DNA of 64,000 nucleotides, taken from positions 1 to 64,000 of the forward strand of contig CBDUPA010000003.1 of NCBI GenBank assembly GCA_965368975.1, given 5' to 3'. The stretch is from an uncultured bacterium. GTDB lineage: Bacteria; Acidobacteriota; Thermoanaerobaculia; Multivoradales; JAHZIX01. The position numbers were made by a program, and so were the translations under genes. Shown here in pieces: positions 54,454-64,000 of the stretch. Below the pieces are notes generated by a model that was not told the origin of the DNA, did not search any database, and saw only the letters and a program-made list of their open reading frames with translations. Numbering within the stretch: position 1 is the first letter of the stretch; every line of letters starts with the position of its first letter.

Positions 54454-55026
54454 ATGGACAACAGTTTCAGCGCCGTAGCTGGCAGGGTCGCTCGCCGCTC
54501 CGAGACGGACGACGGCAGCGAGTGCCAGCGTTACTTCGGCAAGTACCGTGGCACCGTGATCCAGAACATCGACCCGCTGCAGGAGGGCCGCATCCAGGTC
54601 ATCGTGCCCGACGTCGACGGCCTGGTGCCGGGTACCTGGGCCATGCCTTGTCTGCCCTCGGGCATGCAGAATGGCTTCTTCACGGTGCCGCCGATCGGGG
54701 CCGGCGTGTGGGTCGAATTCGAGCAGGGCGACCCCGACTATCCGATCTGGGTCGGCGGCTTCTGGGGCAGCAAAGCCGAGGTACCGGCTATGGCGACGCT
54801 GATTCCGCCTGGCATCCCGGGCGTTGCCATGCAGACCACTGGTCAGAACGGCTTGGTGATCAACGACGCCCCCGGCCCGACCGGCGGCTTGTTGCTCAAG
54901 TCCACCACCGGCGCCTCGATCAGCGTCAACGACACCGGCATCATCATCCAGAACGGCAAGGGCGCCATCATCACGCTGCAAGGGCCCTCGGTGACGATCA
55001 ACGCGGGCGCCCTGGTCATCACCTGA
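54454..55026 (+). CDS. Phage baseplate assembly protein V / gp5 OB-fold spike
   Basis: YFGKYRGTV..NIDP..GRIQV.VP, WAMPC, VWVEFEQGDPDYPIWVGGFW; GGAGG RBS. Confidence 0.92.
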   Translation: MDNSFSAVAGRVARRSETDDGSECQRYFGKYRGTVIQNIDPLQEGRIQVIVPDVDGLVPGTWAMPCLPSGMQNGFFTVPPIGAGVWVEFEQGDPDYPIWVGGFWGSKAEVPAMATLIPPGIPGVAMQTTGQNGLVINDAPGPTGGLLLKSTTGASISVNDTGIIIQNGKGAIITLQGPSVTINAGALVIT

Positions 55027-55063
55027 GATTGCTGTTGGTCGGTAGTCACGAGAGGAGGCAAGC

Positions 55064-55387
55064 ATGCCGGGATTTCTGCTCCATCAACAAGCGCAAGTAC
55101 TGTGCAGCCACGCCGGCCAGGCGACGCCGATGCTGGTGCAGCCACGGGTCAAGGTGATGGGCATGTCGGTGGCCCTCCAGGGCGCACCCTGGACCGTCGC
55201 CGGCTGCACCTTGCCGCCGCCGCCGGCCGCCAACGGTCCCTGTGTCACGGCCGTGCACTCGACCGCGGCGCTACGCGTCACGAGTTTCGGCATCGCCGTG
55301 CTGCTGTTCGACAGCCAGGCCACCTGCGCCCCGACCGGCACGCCGCTGCTGCCGCCGATCACCCAGACGCGCGTGACGGGAATGTGA
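55064..55387 (+). CDS. PAAR-like spike-tip protein (DUF4280-like)
   Basis: CSHAG...GC...PC...C metal-ligand pattern; position after the spike gene. Confidence 0.75.
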   Translation: MPGFLLHQQAQVLCSHAGQATPMLVQPRVKVMGMSVALQGAPWTVAGCTLPPPPAANGPCVTAVHSTAALRVTSFGIAVLLFDSQATCAPTGTPLLPPITQTRVTGM

Positions 55388-55391
55388 GTCC

Positions 55392-55769
55392 GTGATGGCG
55401 ACGCATCTGGCCTTTCCCTACCGCATCGACGCGCGTGGTCGCACGGCCGCCGCCGACGTCGACGCGCACGTGCGCAGCTTGATCGAGCAGCTGCTGCTCA
55501 CCGCCCCCGGCGAGCGGGTGCACCGCCCTGACTTCGGGAGCGGCCTGCGCCAGATGGTGTTCTCGCCCAACAGCCCCGAGGTCGCGGCGACGCTGCAGTT
55601 CACCGTGCAGGCGGCGCTGGAGCGCTATCTGGGCGCGCGCATCGAGACACAGGAGGTCGAGGTCGAGGCCGATGAGGCGACGCTGCGGGTGCACGTGCGC
55701 TATCGCCGACGTCCGTCCGGAGACGGGGCGGGAGGAGACGGAGCGGTGACCGTCGAGGTGGGGAACTAG
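55392..55769 (+). CDS. GPW/gp25 baseplate wedge protein
   Basis: LAFPY, LLTAPGERVHRPDFGSGL. Confidence 0.93.
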   Translation: MMATHLAFPYRIDARGRTAAADVDAHVRSLIEQLLLTAPGERVHRPDFGSGLRQMVFSPNSPEVAATLQFTVQAALERYLGARIETQEVEVEADEATLRVHVRYRRRPSGDGAGGDGAVTVEVGN

Positions 55770-55771
55770 CT

Positions 55772-58411
55772 ATGAGCAGCGCACCGGATCGCTATTGCTG
55801 CCGTGACGAAGAGCGCCGTGCCGCGGTAGCCGCCGATGGCAACCTGAACGGTATCGACTTCCTGGAGGTCGTCGACCAAGAAGTGCTCGCCGCCGGCGCC
55901 CCGGAGAGCCTGCGCCAGCGCCTGTTGCTCGTCGTCTTGCTGCGGCCGGTTCCCGCCGGCTTCGGTGCCGTCGGTCCGGACGCCCAGCCCGTGCGCTTGC
56001 AGGGAGGCGTGCGTCGGCGTGTCGGCATACGCTGGACGGCAGCGCTCAACGCCCTGCCGGCAGCAGTGCCGGACGTCGTGCTGGCCGAAGAACTGGATTT
56101 TCTGCAGAACGATCTCGTGCCGCCGGCCCCGGCGGGCCGGGTGCTGGTGGTGGCCACCGACTCGACGGGCGATCACTCGCCCTACACGCTGCGGCTGGTC
56201 GGTGCCGCCGACGATCTGCCGCTGGCCGGCTTCGACGGGCGCCTGTCCGAGGTCTGCTTCTCGTTCAAGGTCGAGTGCCCGAGTCCTCTGGACTGCTACG
56301 ACGACGATGGGTGTCCACCGCCGACGTTCGACAGCGACCTGGCTGAAGACTATCTAGCCAAGGACTACCCGAGCTTTCGGCGTCTGATGCTCGATCGCCT
56401 GCGCACGCTGGCGCCCGAGTGGAATGAACGCAACCCGGCCGACTTCGGCGTCACGCTGGTCGAGGCGCTGGCCTATGCCGCCGATCACCTGAGCTACTAC
56501 CAGGACGCCGCCGCGGCCACCGAGGCCTACCTCGGCACCGCGCGCCAGCGTATCTCGGTGCGGCGCCATGCCCGCCTGGTCGATTACTTCCTGGACGAAG
56601 GCGCCAACGCCCGCGCCTGGGTTCATGTGCGTGCCGACCAGGTGGTTGCGCTGCCGGCGTCGACCCAGCTGCTGCCAGCTGCTGCCGACGGCGAGCCTAC
56701 TGAAGTACAGGGCGCGGTGCTGGATAGCGGGGCGCTCCTACCGTCCGTGCTCGAGGCCACGATCGAAGCCGCGCCGGCCGTCTTCGAGACGCTGCACGCC
56801 GCGACCTTTGATCCGGGGCACAACGAGCTCCTGTTCTACAGCTGGAGCGATCGCGAATGTTGCCTGCCTGCCGGCTCGACCCGCGCGACGCTGGTCGGTG
56901 CGCGCCGGCCCGAGGGGGCGGTGCCGCCGTATGAGCCTGTCGCCCCATCACTCGCCGCTGGCGATTTCCTGCTCTTTGAAGAGGTGCTCGGTGCGCACAC
57001 CGGTGCCGCCGCTGACGCCGATCCCGGCCATCGCCACGTGGTGCGCCTGATCGAGGTCACCCCGGGCGTTGACCCGCTTAACGGCCAGCCGGTTTTGGAG
57101 ATCACCTGGCACGCCGAGGACGCGCTGCCGTTCCCGCTCTGCGTCTCGGCCTTCACCGACGCCGAGCACGGCGCCCGCTACGTCGAGGACGTCAGCGTGG
57201 CGCGCGGCAACCTGGTGCTGAGCGACCATGGTCGCAGCGTCGAGGACGAAGTCGTCGGTCCCGTCCCGAGCGCTGCCGACGCCCCGGCCGTCCTGCACGA
57301 CTGGCCCTTCCGGCCGAGGCTCGAGCATGGACCGCTGACCCACGCGGCGCCTATACCCGACGGTTTCCCGCACGCGGGAGCTGGCGCTGGGGTCAGTGCC
57401 GCGCAGCTGTTCTCGAGCCATCCGCAGGCCGAGCCCTTGCTGGCGCTGGTTGAAGAGGGTAGCGGTGATCCCTGGACATCGCGCCGCGACCTGCTCGCCG
57501 CGGGTCGCTTCGACCGCGCCGTGGTGGCTGAGATCGAGGATCCAGAAGGCGGTGTGGAGGTGGGTGGTGGTCGCGCGCGTCTGCGCTTCGGGGATGGCGA
57601 GCATGGCCAGCGGCCACGCCGTGGGCTCGCCTGGCGGGCCAGCTACCGCGTGGGGCAGGGGCCGCAAGGCAACCTCGGTGCCGAGGCCCTGGTCCGCGTG
57701 GCCACCAACCAGCCGGGCATCGCGGCGGTGCGCAACCCGCTGCCGGCCACTGGCGGCCGCGCGCCGGAACGCAAGCTCGAAGCGCGGCGCAAGGCCCCCT
57801 ATGCTTTCCGTGTGCAACAGCGGGCGGTCACCGCCGACGATTACGCGCGCATGGCCGAACGCCATCCCGACGTGGCGCGCGCCGCCTCGACCTTCCGCTG
57901 GACCGGCAGCTGGTACACCGTCTTCGTCAGCGTCGACCGCCACGGCGGCCGGTCGGTCGACGCTGACTTCCGCGACCAGCTGCGCGCTCACCTCGAGCCC
58001 TTCCGCCTGGTCGGGCACGACCTGGAAGTCGACGCACCGCGCTTCGTGCCGCTGCTACTGCGCCTCTTCGTCTGCTTGCGCTCCGGTTACCAGCGCAGCG
58101 ATGTGGCGCGCGAGCTGCACCGCGTGCTTGGACGCTCTCGCTTCGCCGATGGCCGGCGTGGTTTCTTCCACCCCGACCGCTGGACCTTCGGCCAGGATGT
58201 CCACCTGAGCCCGATTCTCGCCGCTGCTGCCGCGGTCGACGGTGTTGCCTCGGTCGAGCCGCGCGCCTTCCGGCGCCTCGACCGCCGCGCCGATCAGGAA
58301 CTCGAGCTCGGCGTGCTGCCCGTGTCGCGGCTAGAGATCGCGCGCCTCGATCATGACCCCAACTTCCAGGAGTACGGACGCCTGGAGCTGAGCTTCGGAG
58401 GTTCGCGATGA
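55772..58411 (+). CDS. Baseplate J-like protein 1
   Basis: DYLAKDYPSFRRLM, LSYYQDA, RLRFGDG, RAVTADDY, FTFGQ-like WTFGQDV. Confidence 0.9.
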   Translation: MSSAPDRYCCRDEERRAAVAADGNLNGIDFLEVVDQEVLAAGAPESLRQRLLLVVLLRPVPAGFGAVGPDAQPVRLQGGVRRRVGIRWTAALNALPAAVPDVVLAEELDFLQNDLVPPAPAGRVLVVATDSTGDHSPYTLRLVGAADDLPLAGFDGRLSEVCFSFKVECPSPLDCYDDDGCPPPTFDSDLAEDYLAKDYPSFRRLMLDRLRTLAPEWNERNPADFGVTLVEALAYAADHLSYYQDAAAATEAYLGTARQRISVRRHARLVDYFLDEGANARAWVHVRADQVVALPASTQLLPAAADGEPTEVQGAVLDSGALLPSVLEATIEAAPAVFETLHAATFDPGHNELLFYSWSDRECCLPAGSTRATLVGARRPEGAVPPYEPVAPSLAAGDFLLFEEVLGAHTGAAADADPGHRHVVRLIEVTPGVDPLNGQPVLEITWHAEDALPFPLCVSAFTDAEHGARYVEDVSVARGNLVLSDHGRSVEDEVVGPVPSAADAPAVLHDWPFRPRLEHGPLTHAAPIPDGFPHAGAGAGVSAAQLFSSHPQAEPLLALVEEGSGDPWTSRRDLLAAGRFDRAVVAEIEDPEGGVEVGGGRARLRFGDGEHGQRPRRGLAWRASYRVGQGPQGNLGAEALVRVATNQPGIAAVRNPLPATGGRAPERKLEARRKAPYAFRVQQRAVTADDYARMAERHPDVARAASTFRWTGSWYTVFVSVDRHGGRSVDADFRDQLRAHLEPFRLVGHDLEVDAPRFVPLLLRLFVCLRSGYQRSDVARELHRVLGRSRFADGRRGFFHPDRWTFGQDVHLSPILAAAAAVDGVASVEPRAFRRLDRRADQELELGVLPVSRLEIARLDHDPNFQEYGRLELSFGGSR

Positions 58412-61200
58412 GCGGCTGTACTTGTGCCAGTACCAGCGCCTGCGGCTGCTGCGATGGCCTGACGCGGCCAACGCCGGTCCTACACCACAACCGACCGGGC
58501 CTGTCGACGGTGCGCTTCCGTGTCGGTACCCACGGCCAATTCAAACAGAGCCTGCTCGCCGGTCTCACCACTGGTACTGGTACGGGCAGCGTCGACGCAG
58601 CCGCGCTGCGGGCTCTCACCACCCGCGACGACAGCGACTTCACCATTGCGCTACTCGACAGCTGGGCCGTGGTACTCGACGTGCTCAGCTTCTACCAGGA
58701 GCGCATCGCCAATGAAGACCTGCTGCGCACCGCGCTCGAACGGCGCTCGATCCTCGAACTGGCGCGCTTGATCGGCTACGCGCCGCATCCCGGAGCTGCC
58801 GCCGCGACCCACCTGAGCTTCGACCTCGACGCCTCCCCCGGCTCGCCAGCACGCATCGTCATCCCCGCTGGCACGCGCGTACAGAGCCAGCCGGGGCAAG
58901 ACGAATTGCCGCTCACCTTCGAGACCGACGCAGACCTGCCGGCCCGACCGGAGTGGAGCCGCCTGCCGGCCCGGCGCAGCGAGCCGCAGCACTTCAACGG
59001 CACCATCGACGTACTCTACCTGCAGGGCCCCGACAGTCAGCTCCAGCCCGGCGACCGCCTGATCCTGGAGTCCGCGCTCACCGAGCCGGTGGAAGTGCGC
59101 GACGTGCGCAGCGTGCAGAAGATCGTCGACGGCGCGCCGCAGACCTATACGCGCGTCGACGTTGCGTCGATCGACGGTGGCATCCCGCGCCTGGTTCCCG
59201 TCTGGCTGCCGGGGGGCGTCTACCCGCCGCTGAGCTCGGAAGAGCTGCAGCAGTTTAGCCCCGAATCGGTGCGCGAGCTGATTCTGGGTCGCAGCCGCTG
59301 GCCAGCCGAGGAGCTGCACGCCCTGGTCGAGGAGCGCGGCTGGGACCTGCAAGAGGTCGCGCAGCACCTGGAAGCCCTGCCGGCCCCGGCCGACGGTAGC
59401 TTCGAGTCGCTGCGTGTCTATGCCCTGCGTCGGCGCGCTGCCGCCTTCGGGCACAATGCCCTGAAGTGGAGCAGTCTGCCGGCGGCGCAGAAGTTCGGCG
59501 AGTGGGCGCGGGACGGGAACAACGCGCCGGTCTTCCTGCCCGGTGCCTACACGTCGAACTGGGACGGCAGGAAGCTGCATACCGATTCGCAGAACAATGC
59601 CTTGCTGGCCGGCCAGCTGCATCTCGACGCACCCTACGCCCGGCTGGTGGCCGGCGGTCGAGTGCTGCTGGAGAGTTCCGTCGCTGGCGAGACGGCACGC
59701 GTGTACAGCGTCGACGCCATCGACGAAGTCACCCGCGCGGACTATGGCATGAGCGCCAAGGTCAGTCGCCTGCAGCTGGACCCGGCCGCCGGTCTCGACG
59801 CCTTCACGCTGCGCGACACCAGCGTCTACGCCGAGAGCGAGCCCCTGCCGCTGGCGCGTCGGCCGCTGCTCGCCTGGATCGGTGGCGCTGAGTTGCCGCT
59901 GGATACCCTGGCCATCGGCTTGCTGCCCGGCCGCCGAGTGGTGGTCCGCGGTCGGCGCCTAGACCTCGGAGGTGTCGAGGCCAGCGAGACGCGCGTTCTG
60001 GCCGAAGTCGAGCACCGGCTCGACGAAGGCACCACGGTGCTCACCTTCGACGAACCGCTGGCCTACCGCTACGAGCGCGAGAGCGTCAGCGTCAACGCCA
60101 ACGTCGTGCTCGCCGACCACGGCGAGACGCAGCGCGAAGTGCTGGGCGGCGGTGATGCAGCGCGCCCCTACCAGAGCTTCACCCTGCGCCAGAAGCCGGT
60201 GACCCAGGTCAGCGCGGAGACGCCCAGTGGCGTCGAGCCGGCGCTGGAAGTGCGCGTCGGCGGTGTCCGCTGGTACCGCCGGCAACACGTGCTGGCACCG
60301 GATCCGTCTGGCGATGGACGCACCTACATCCTGGAACGTGACGACGACGGCAGCACACACGTGCACTTCGGCGGCGCCCGCCGCCTGCCCACCGGCCAGG
60401 CCAACGTCAGCGCGCGCTACCGCACGGGCCTCGGCGTCGCTGGCAACCTGGAGGCGGACCGCCTGCAGATGCTGGTCGATCGACCCCTGGGCGTCACCGG
60501 CGTCACCAATCCGCTGCCGGCCAGTGGTGGTGCCGATCCGGAGACCCTGGCACGCGCCCGAGGTAACGCTCCGGGCACCGTGCTGACCCTGGACCGGGTC
60601 GTGTCGCTGCGCGACTTCGAGGACTTTGCCAGCGCCTTCGGAGGCATCGCCAAGGCGCGCGCCGACCACGTCTGGGACGGTCGCCGCCGGGTCGTGTACG
60701 TCACCGTCGCCGGGGAAGCGGGCGCCGAGGTGACCCCAGGCCTACCGCTGTACGACAAGCTACGCGCGGCCATCGACCGCTACCGCGAGCCGTTCCAGCC
60801 GATGTTGCTGGCGAGCTACGCGCCGCGCCTCTTTCACCTCGCGGCACGCCTGCTGCCGCACCCGGATCACCTGCCCGAAGACGTGCTCGCCGCCGCGCAG
60901 GCAGCCCTCGCCGAGAACTTCAGCTTCGAGCGTCGCCGCCTGGGCGAGGTGGTCGCGGCCAGTGATGTCGTCTCCGTGCTGCAGGCGGTACCCGGCATGC
61001 TGGCCGTCGATCTCGACCACCTGTATCTCCACGGCGAGCCGGCGCTGCTGCAGCCCCGGCTTGTCGCCCTGCCGGCGCGCCGCGACAGCAGCCTCGACCC
61101 GAGCATCCACGGCGGTATCGCTGCTGCTGAACTGCTGACCCTGGCCCCCGGCGGCGCCGACCTGAGCACCGTCAGCCGCTTGCAGGAGGTGGCGTCATGA
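58408..61200 (+). CDS. Baseplate J-like protein 2
   Basis: LTTRDDSDFTIALLD, FYQERIANE, LIGY.P.PG, RVVSLRDFEDF. Confidence 0.9.
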   Translation: MSGCTCASTSACGCCDGLTRPTPVLHHNRPGLSTVRFRVGTHGQFKQSLLAGLTTGTGTGSVDAAALRALTTRDDSDFTIALLDSWAVVLDVLSFYQERIANEDLLRTALERRSILELARLIGYAPHPGAAAATHLSFDLDASPGSPARIVIPAGTRVQSQPGQDELPLTFETDADLPARPEWSRLPARRSEPQHFNGTIDVLYLQGPDSQLQPGDRLILESALTEPVEVRDVRSVQKIVDGAPQTYTRVDVASIDGGIPRLVPVWLPGGVYPPLSSEELQQFSPESVRELILGRSRWPAEELHALVEERGWDLQEVAQHLEALPAPADGSFESLRVYALRRRAAAFGHNALKWSSLPAAQKFGEWARDGNNAPVFLPGAYTSNWDGRKLHTDSQNNALLAGQLHLDAPYARLVAGGRVLLESSVAGETARVYSVDAIDEVTRADYGMSAKVSRLQLDPAAGLDAFTLRDTSVYAESEPLPLARRPLLAWIGGAELPLDTLAIGLLPGRRVVVRGRRLDLGGVEASETRVLAEVEHRLDEGTTVLTFDEPLAYRYERESVSVNANVVLADHGETQREVLGGGDAARPYQSFTLRQKPVTQVSAETPSGVEPALEVRVGGVRWYRRQHVLAPDPSGDGRTYILERDDDGSTHVHFGGARRLPTGQANVSARYRTGLGVAGNLEADRLQMLVDRPLGVTGVTNPLPASGGADPETLARARGNAPGTVLTLDRVVSLRDFEDFASAFGGIAKARADHVWDGRRRVVYVTVAGEAGAEVTPGLPLYDKLRAAIDRYREPFQPMLLASYAPRLFHLAARLLPHPDHLPEDVLAAAQAALAENFSFERRRLGEVVAASDVVSVLQAVPGMLAVDLDHLYLHGEPALLQPRLVALPARRDSSLDPSIHGGIAAAELLTLAPGGADLSTVSRLQEVAS

Positions 61201-63515
61201 ACGAGCCCGCGCGCGACCAGGCGCCGTTCCTGGATACTGACAGCCTCTACCAGCTGCTGCCAGCGGTGCACCGTCACCGCGACGCCGAGCAAGGCTACCC
61301 CCTACGCGCGCTGATCGCCTTGCTGGCGCGCGAAGGCATGGTGGTTGAGCGCGACATCTTCCGCCTGCACGAGAACGCCTTCATCGAGACCTGCGATCCG
61401 TGGGTGGTGGCCTACATCGGCGACTTGCTGGGCATCGAGCCGCTCGCCGACACCGGTCGCAGCGCCCGTGCCGAGGTGGCCAACACCCTCGGCTACCGCC
61501 GGCGCAAGGGCACCCTGGGCGTGGTCGAAGACCTGGCGCGCACCGTGACCGGCTGGCCGGCGCGCGCGGTCGAGGGCTTCCAGCATCTGGCGACCACGCA
61601 GCACACGCGGCACCGGCGCCTGCACGCTCTGCGCGCTCCGGATCTACGCCAGCATAGCGAGGGTGGCCAGGCGCACCGACAGCCGCTGTACTTGGAACAG
61701 CTCGGGGGTGCCCCTTACGGCGGTTCGCCGCATGGCAGCCTATTCGCCGCCGGTCCCTTCGACCCGACGCTGCGCACCCTCGACGTACGCCGCGCCGACC
61801 CACGCCGGCACGGCGGTCCCGAAGGCGGTCCGCACCCGCGCTACCGTGCCGCCTGGCACGGCCTGCCGCACGTCGCTGTACACCTGTGGCGGCTGCTACC
61901 GTATCCGCTGCGCCGCGTCGTGCCGGCGCGCGTCGACGACAATCCGGACCAGATCCTACCCGGTCAGAACCCGCGCTACACCTTCTCGACGCTCGGCCAG
62001 GACGTTCCGCTGTGGCGCCTGCCGCAGCCGGAAGGCTCGTACTTCGGGCTGCCCGGCGCCAGTGTTGGTGACGGCGCCGCCATTTCGAGCCTGGCTGGCG
62101 AGCTGCACGTGCCGTCACCGATTCGCCGCCGTCACCTGCACGCGCAGTTCGAAGGCCACGTGCCGGCGGTGGCGGGGGAGCCGGCGGACTACGGTCCGGC
62201 GCGTAGCCTCGAAGTCGAGGTCGACGGCGCGGTGGTACCTGCGGCGACCCTGATGGTGTGCGACCTCAGCGGCTGGACGCACCGACCTCCCGCCGGCCGC
62301 ATCGCCGTCGACCCGCGGCTCGGCCGTCTCGCTTTCGCTGACGGCGAAGCTCCGGGCGACATCTTCGTCAGCTGGCACCACGCTGCGCCCGCCGATCTGG
62401 GCGCTGGCGGCTACGACCGCACGGAGAGCTTCACGACTATCGAAGGCGAGACCGTGCTCGGCGTCGGTGCCGGCGAAGCCTTCGCGGACATCGAAGCGGC
62501 ACTGGTTCATTGGGGCAACCTGCTGGACGCCGAAGGCTCGCGACCGTCGGTGGTGATCGAGATCCGCGACAGCGCCAGCTACCGCCAGACGCTGGTGATC
62601 GACGTGCCGGCCAACCGCCGCGTCGAGCTGCGCGCCGCTGACCGCCAGCGGCCCACTGTCCACCTCGCGGCGACCCTGCAGGTCAGCGGTGGCGAAGGCA
62701 GCGCCTTCGAGCTCAACGGCCTGCTGCTGACCACCAGCGCCGTGCGCACCGCCGGTCAGCTCAACCAGCTGCGCATCGTCCATTGCACGCTGGTGCCCGG
62801 TCGCTCGGTAGCTGCCGACGGCACGCCCGACGATCCCGGTGCCGCCAGCCTCGAGATCACCAGCGCCACCACCGAGGCACGCCTGGAACGCTCGATCCTG
62901 GGCCCGCTGCGCGTCGCGCCCGAGGCGCAGGCCGAGCTGGTCGACTGCATCGTCGACGCCGCACCGCTCGAGCCTTGGCCAGCTGGCGGCAGCGAGAATC
63001 CCCCCATCGGCACGCCCCTGGGGAGTGTCTACGGCGGTCCCGGTGCGCCCGCGGCGGACAACTACGGCGGTGCCCTGACGGCTGTCTCCTGCACCTTCCT
63101 GGGCAGCATCCTGGCGCGCCAGCTGACCCTCGGCGACAGCTGCCTGTTCCTGGCGCCGGTACACGCCGAGCGCCGGCAGCAGGGCTGCGTGCGCTACAGC
63201 TACGTCGCCCCCGGCTCGCGCGTGCCGCGCCGCTACCGCTGCCAACCCGACGTGCCCGAGGAGATCGCACCCGCCCAGGCCCGGCGTCTGCGCGACCGGG
63301 TGCGACCGCGCCTGCTGTCCGCCCGCTACGGCACGCCGCACTACGCCCGCCTGCACCCGGCCTGCCCGCAAGAGATCTTCCGCGGCGCCGCCGACCAAGC
63401 CGAGATGGGCGTCTTCCAACATCTGCGTCAACCACAGCGCCTGGACAACCTGCGCCGCCGACTCAGTGAATACCTGCCGGTAGGCCGCCAGGCCGGCATC
63501 TTCTTCAGCACCTGA
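61197..63515 (+). CDS. Baseplate/tail protein (P2 gpI-like N-terminus)
   Basis: LYQLLPAVHR.RD, FIETCDPWVVAYIGDLLG, RAEVANTLGYRRRKGT, QQGCVRYSY. Confidence 0.8.
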   Translation: MNEPARDQAPFLDTDSLYQLLPAVHRHRDAEQGYPLRALIALLAREGMVVERDIFRLHENAFIETCDPWVVAYIGDLLGIEPLADTGRSARAEVANTLGYRRRKGTLGVVEDLARTVTGWPARAVEGFQHLATTQHTRHRRLHALRAPDLRQHSEGGQAHRQPLYLEQLGGAPYGGSPHGSLFAAGPFDPTLRTLDVRRADPRRHGGPEGGPHPRYRAAWHGLPHVAVHLWRLLPYPLRRVVPARVDDNPDQILPGQNPRYTFSTLGQDVPLWRLPQPEGSYFGLPGASVGDGAAISSLAGELHVPSPIRRRHLHAQFEGHVPAVAGEPADYGPARSLEVEVDGAVVPAATLMVCDLSGWTHRPPAGRIAVDPRLGRLAFADGEAPGDIFVSWHHAAPADLGAGGYDRTESFTTIEGETVLGVGAGEAFADIEAALVHWGNLLDAEGSRPSVVIEIRDSASYRQTLVIDVPANRRVELRAADRQRPTVHLAATLQVSGGEGSAFELNGLLLTTSAVRTAGQLNQLRIVHCTLVPGRSVAADGTPDDPGAASLEITSATTEARLERSILGPLRVAPEAQAELVDCIVDAAPLEPWPAGGSENPPIGTPLGSVYGGPGAPAADNYGGALTAVSCTFLGSILARQLTLGDSCLFLAPVHAERRQQGCVRYSYVAPGSRVPRRYRCQPDVPEEIAPAQARRLRDRVRPRLLSARYGTPHYARLHPACPQEIFRGAADQAEMGVFQHLRQPQRLDNLRRRLSEYLPVGRQAGIFFST

Positions 63516-63539
63516 GCTGGAGAGTACGAGGAGCGAGAC

Positions 63540-64000
63540 ATGCGAGGCGATTTCTCCCGCGACACCTTCCGCCCAGCCAAGGGCTATACCAGCGTCCGCT
63601 CGCAGCAGGGTCGAGTGCAGACCGACGCCGAATGGAACGAGCAGAGCGACATCCTGAACCACCTGCGTCACACCGCGCTGACCGACGTCATCGGTCCGTG
63701 CGGCGCCCCCGAGAACGGTGGTGGCTTCGAGATCGGCGTGACGCCCGCCGGCACCGACCTGACCGTCTCCGCCGGCCGCTTCTACGTCCACGGCATCCTG
63801 TGCGAGAGCGAGGGCTTCCGCTACTCCGAGCAGCCCGGCGTTGATGGTCCGCCACCGCCCGAACTGCCGAACCAGCCGACCGGCGTGCTGGTCTACCTGG
63901 ACGTCTTCCAGCGTCACATGACCTTCCTCGACGATGCCGAGATGCGCGAGAGTGCGCTCGGCGGGCCCGACACCACGAGCCGCCTCAAGACCGAGTGCCG
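63540..64000 (+). CDS. DUF6519-domain eCIS protein (truncated by window end)
   Basis: Hand-translated MRGDFSRDTFRPAKGYTSVRSQQGRVQTDAEWNEQ...GRFYVHGILCE...ALGGPDTTSR; GAGGAG RBS. Confidence 0.85.
   Translation, partial: MRGDFSRDTFRPAKGYTSVRSQQGRVQTDAEWNEQSDILNHLRHTALTDVIGPCGAPENGGGFEIGVTPAGTDLTVSAGRFYVHGILCESEGFRYSEQPGVDGPPPPELPNQPTGVLVYLDVFQRHMTFLDDAEMRESALGGPDTTSRLKTEC

Larger units (their letters stand above)
36776..64000 (+). other. Extracellular contractile injection system (eCIS; Afp/PVC-like) operon, continues past the window end
   Basis: Sheath, tube, DUF4255, AAA ATPase, DUF4157 proteins, spike, PAAR-like, gp25 and baseplate genes, with no capsid, terminase or T6SS membrane complex in the window. 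Confidence 0.93.

Noticed and set aside
62115-63917. Long antisense or alternate-frame ORFs (also 1570-2826, 12499-13971, 43991-45409, 33009-34175)
   Set aside because: Shadow ORFs expected at high GC; they overlap well-supported genes and have no motifs.
36776-64000. Prophage or T6SS interpretation of the tail genes
   Set aside because: No capsid, portal, terminase or integrase and no TssJ/L/M, TssK or ClpV in the window; DUF4255, the Afp15-type ATPase and DUF4157 indicate eCIS.

Overview
High-GC bacterial chromosomal window with no rRNA, tRNA, CRISPR array or IS element visible. Gene style suggests Acidobacteriota/Thermoanaerobaculia-like, which is an inference only. (1) 0.3-11.8 kb is a secondary-metabolism block: a stand-alone OleA-type condensing enzyme, an MFS exporter, a MacB/FtsX-type ABC exporter with HlyD-like adaptor, an fkbK-J-I-H (hydroxymalonyl-/glyceryl-ACP) cassette and an MbtH-associated-domain protein. 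No PKS/NRPS is present in the window. (2) 11.8-16.6 kb holds a GT4 / tRNA-dependent aminoacyltransferase (DUF2156) / flippase operon. Divergent from it are three small RiPP precursor genes that share an LxLxRETLxxL...G[GA] leader and have unrelated Cys/Ser/Thr-rich cores. Two of them are missing from the ORF track, and no maturase lies nearby. (3) 16.7-36.5 kb holds mixed genes: CHAD+ParA, a Nal1-like protease plus a free copy of its N-domain, an ECF sigma/anti-sigma pair, cdd, Nudix, NYN-CSD, VKOR-DsbA, GlcD-like oxidase, DHH, a propeller-SpoIIE sensor, DUF455 + ATP-grasp, a ring-cleaving dioxygenase and a GH18-like hydrolase. (4) 36.8-64 kb is an extracellular contractile injection system (eCIS) operon running off the right end. 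It contains a tandem array of four translationally coupled DUF4157 proteins with alternating toxin-like and OmpA C-termini.
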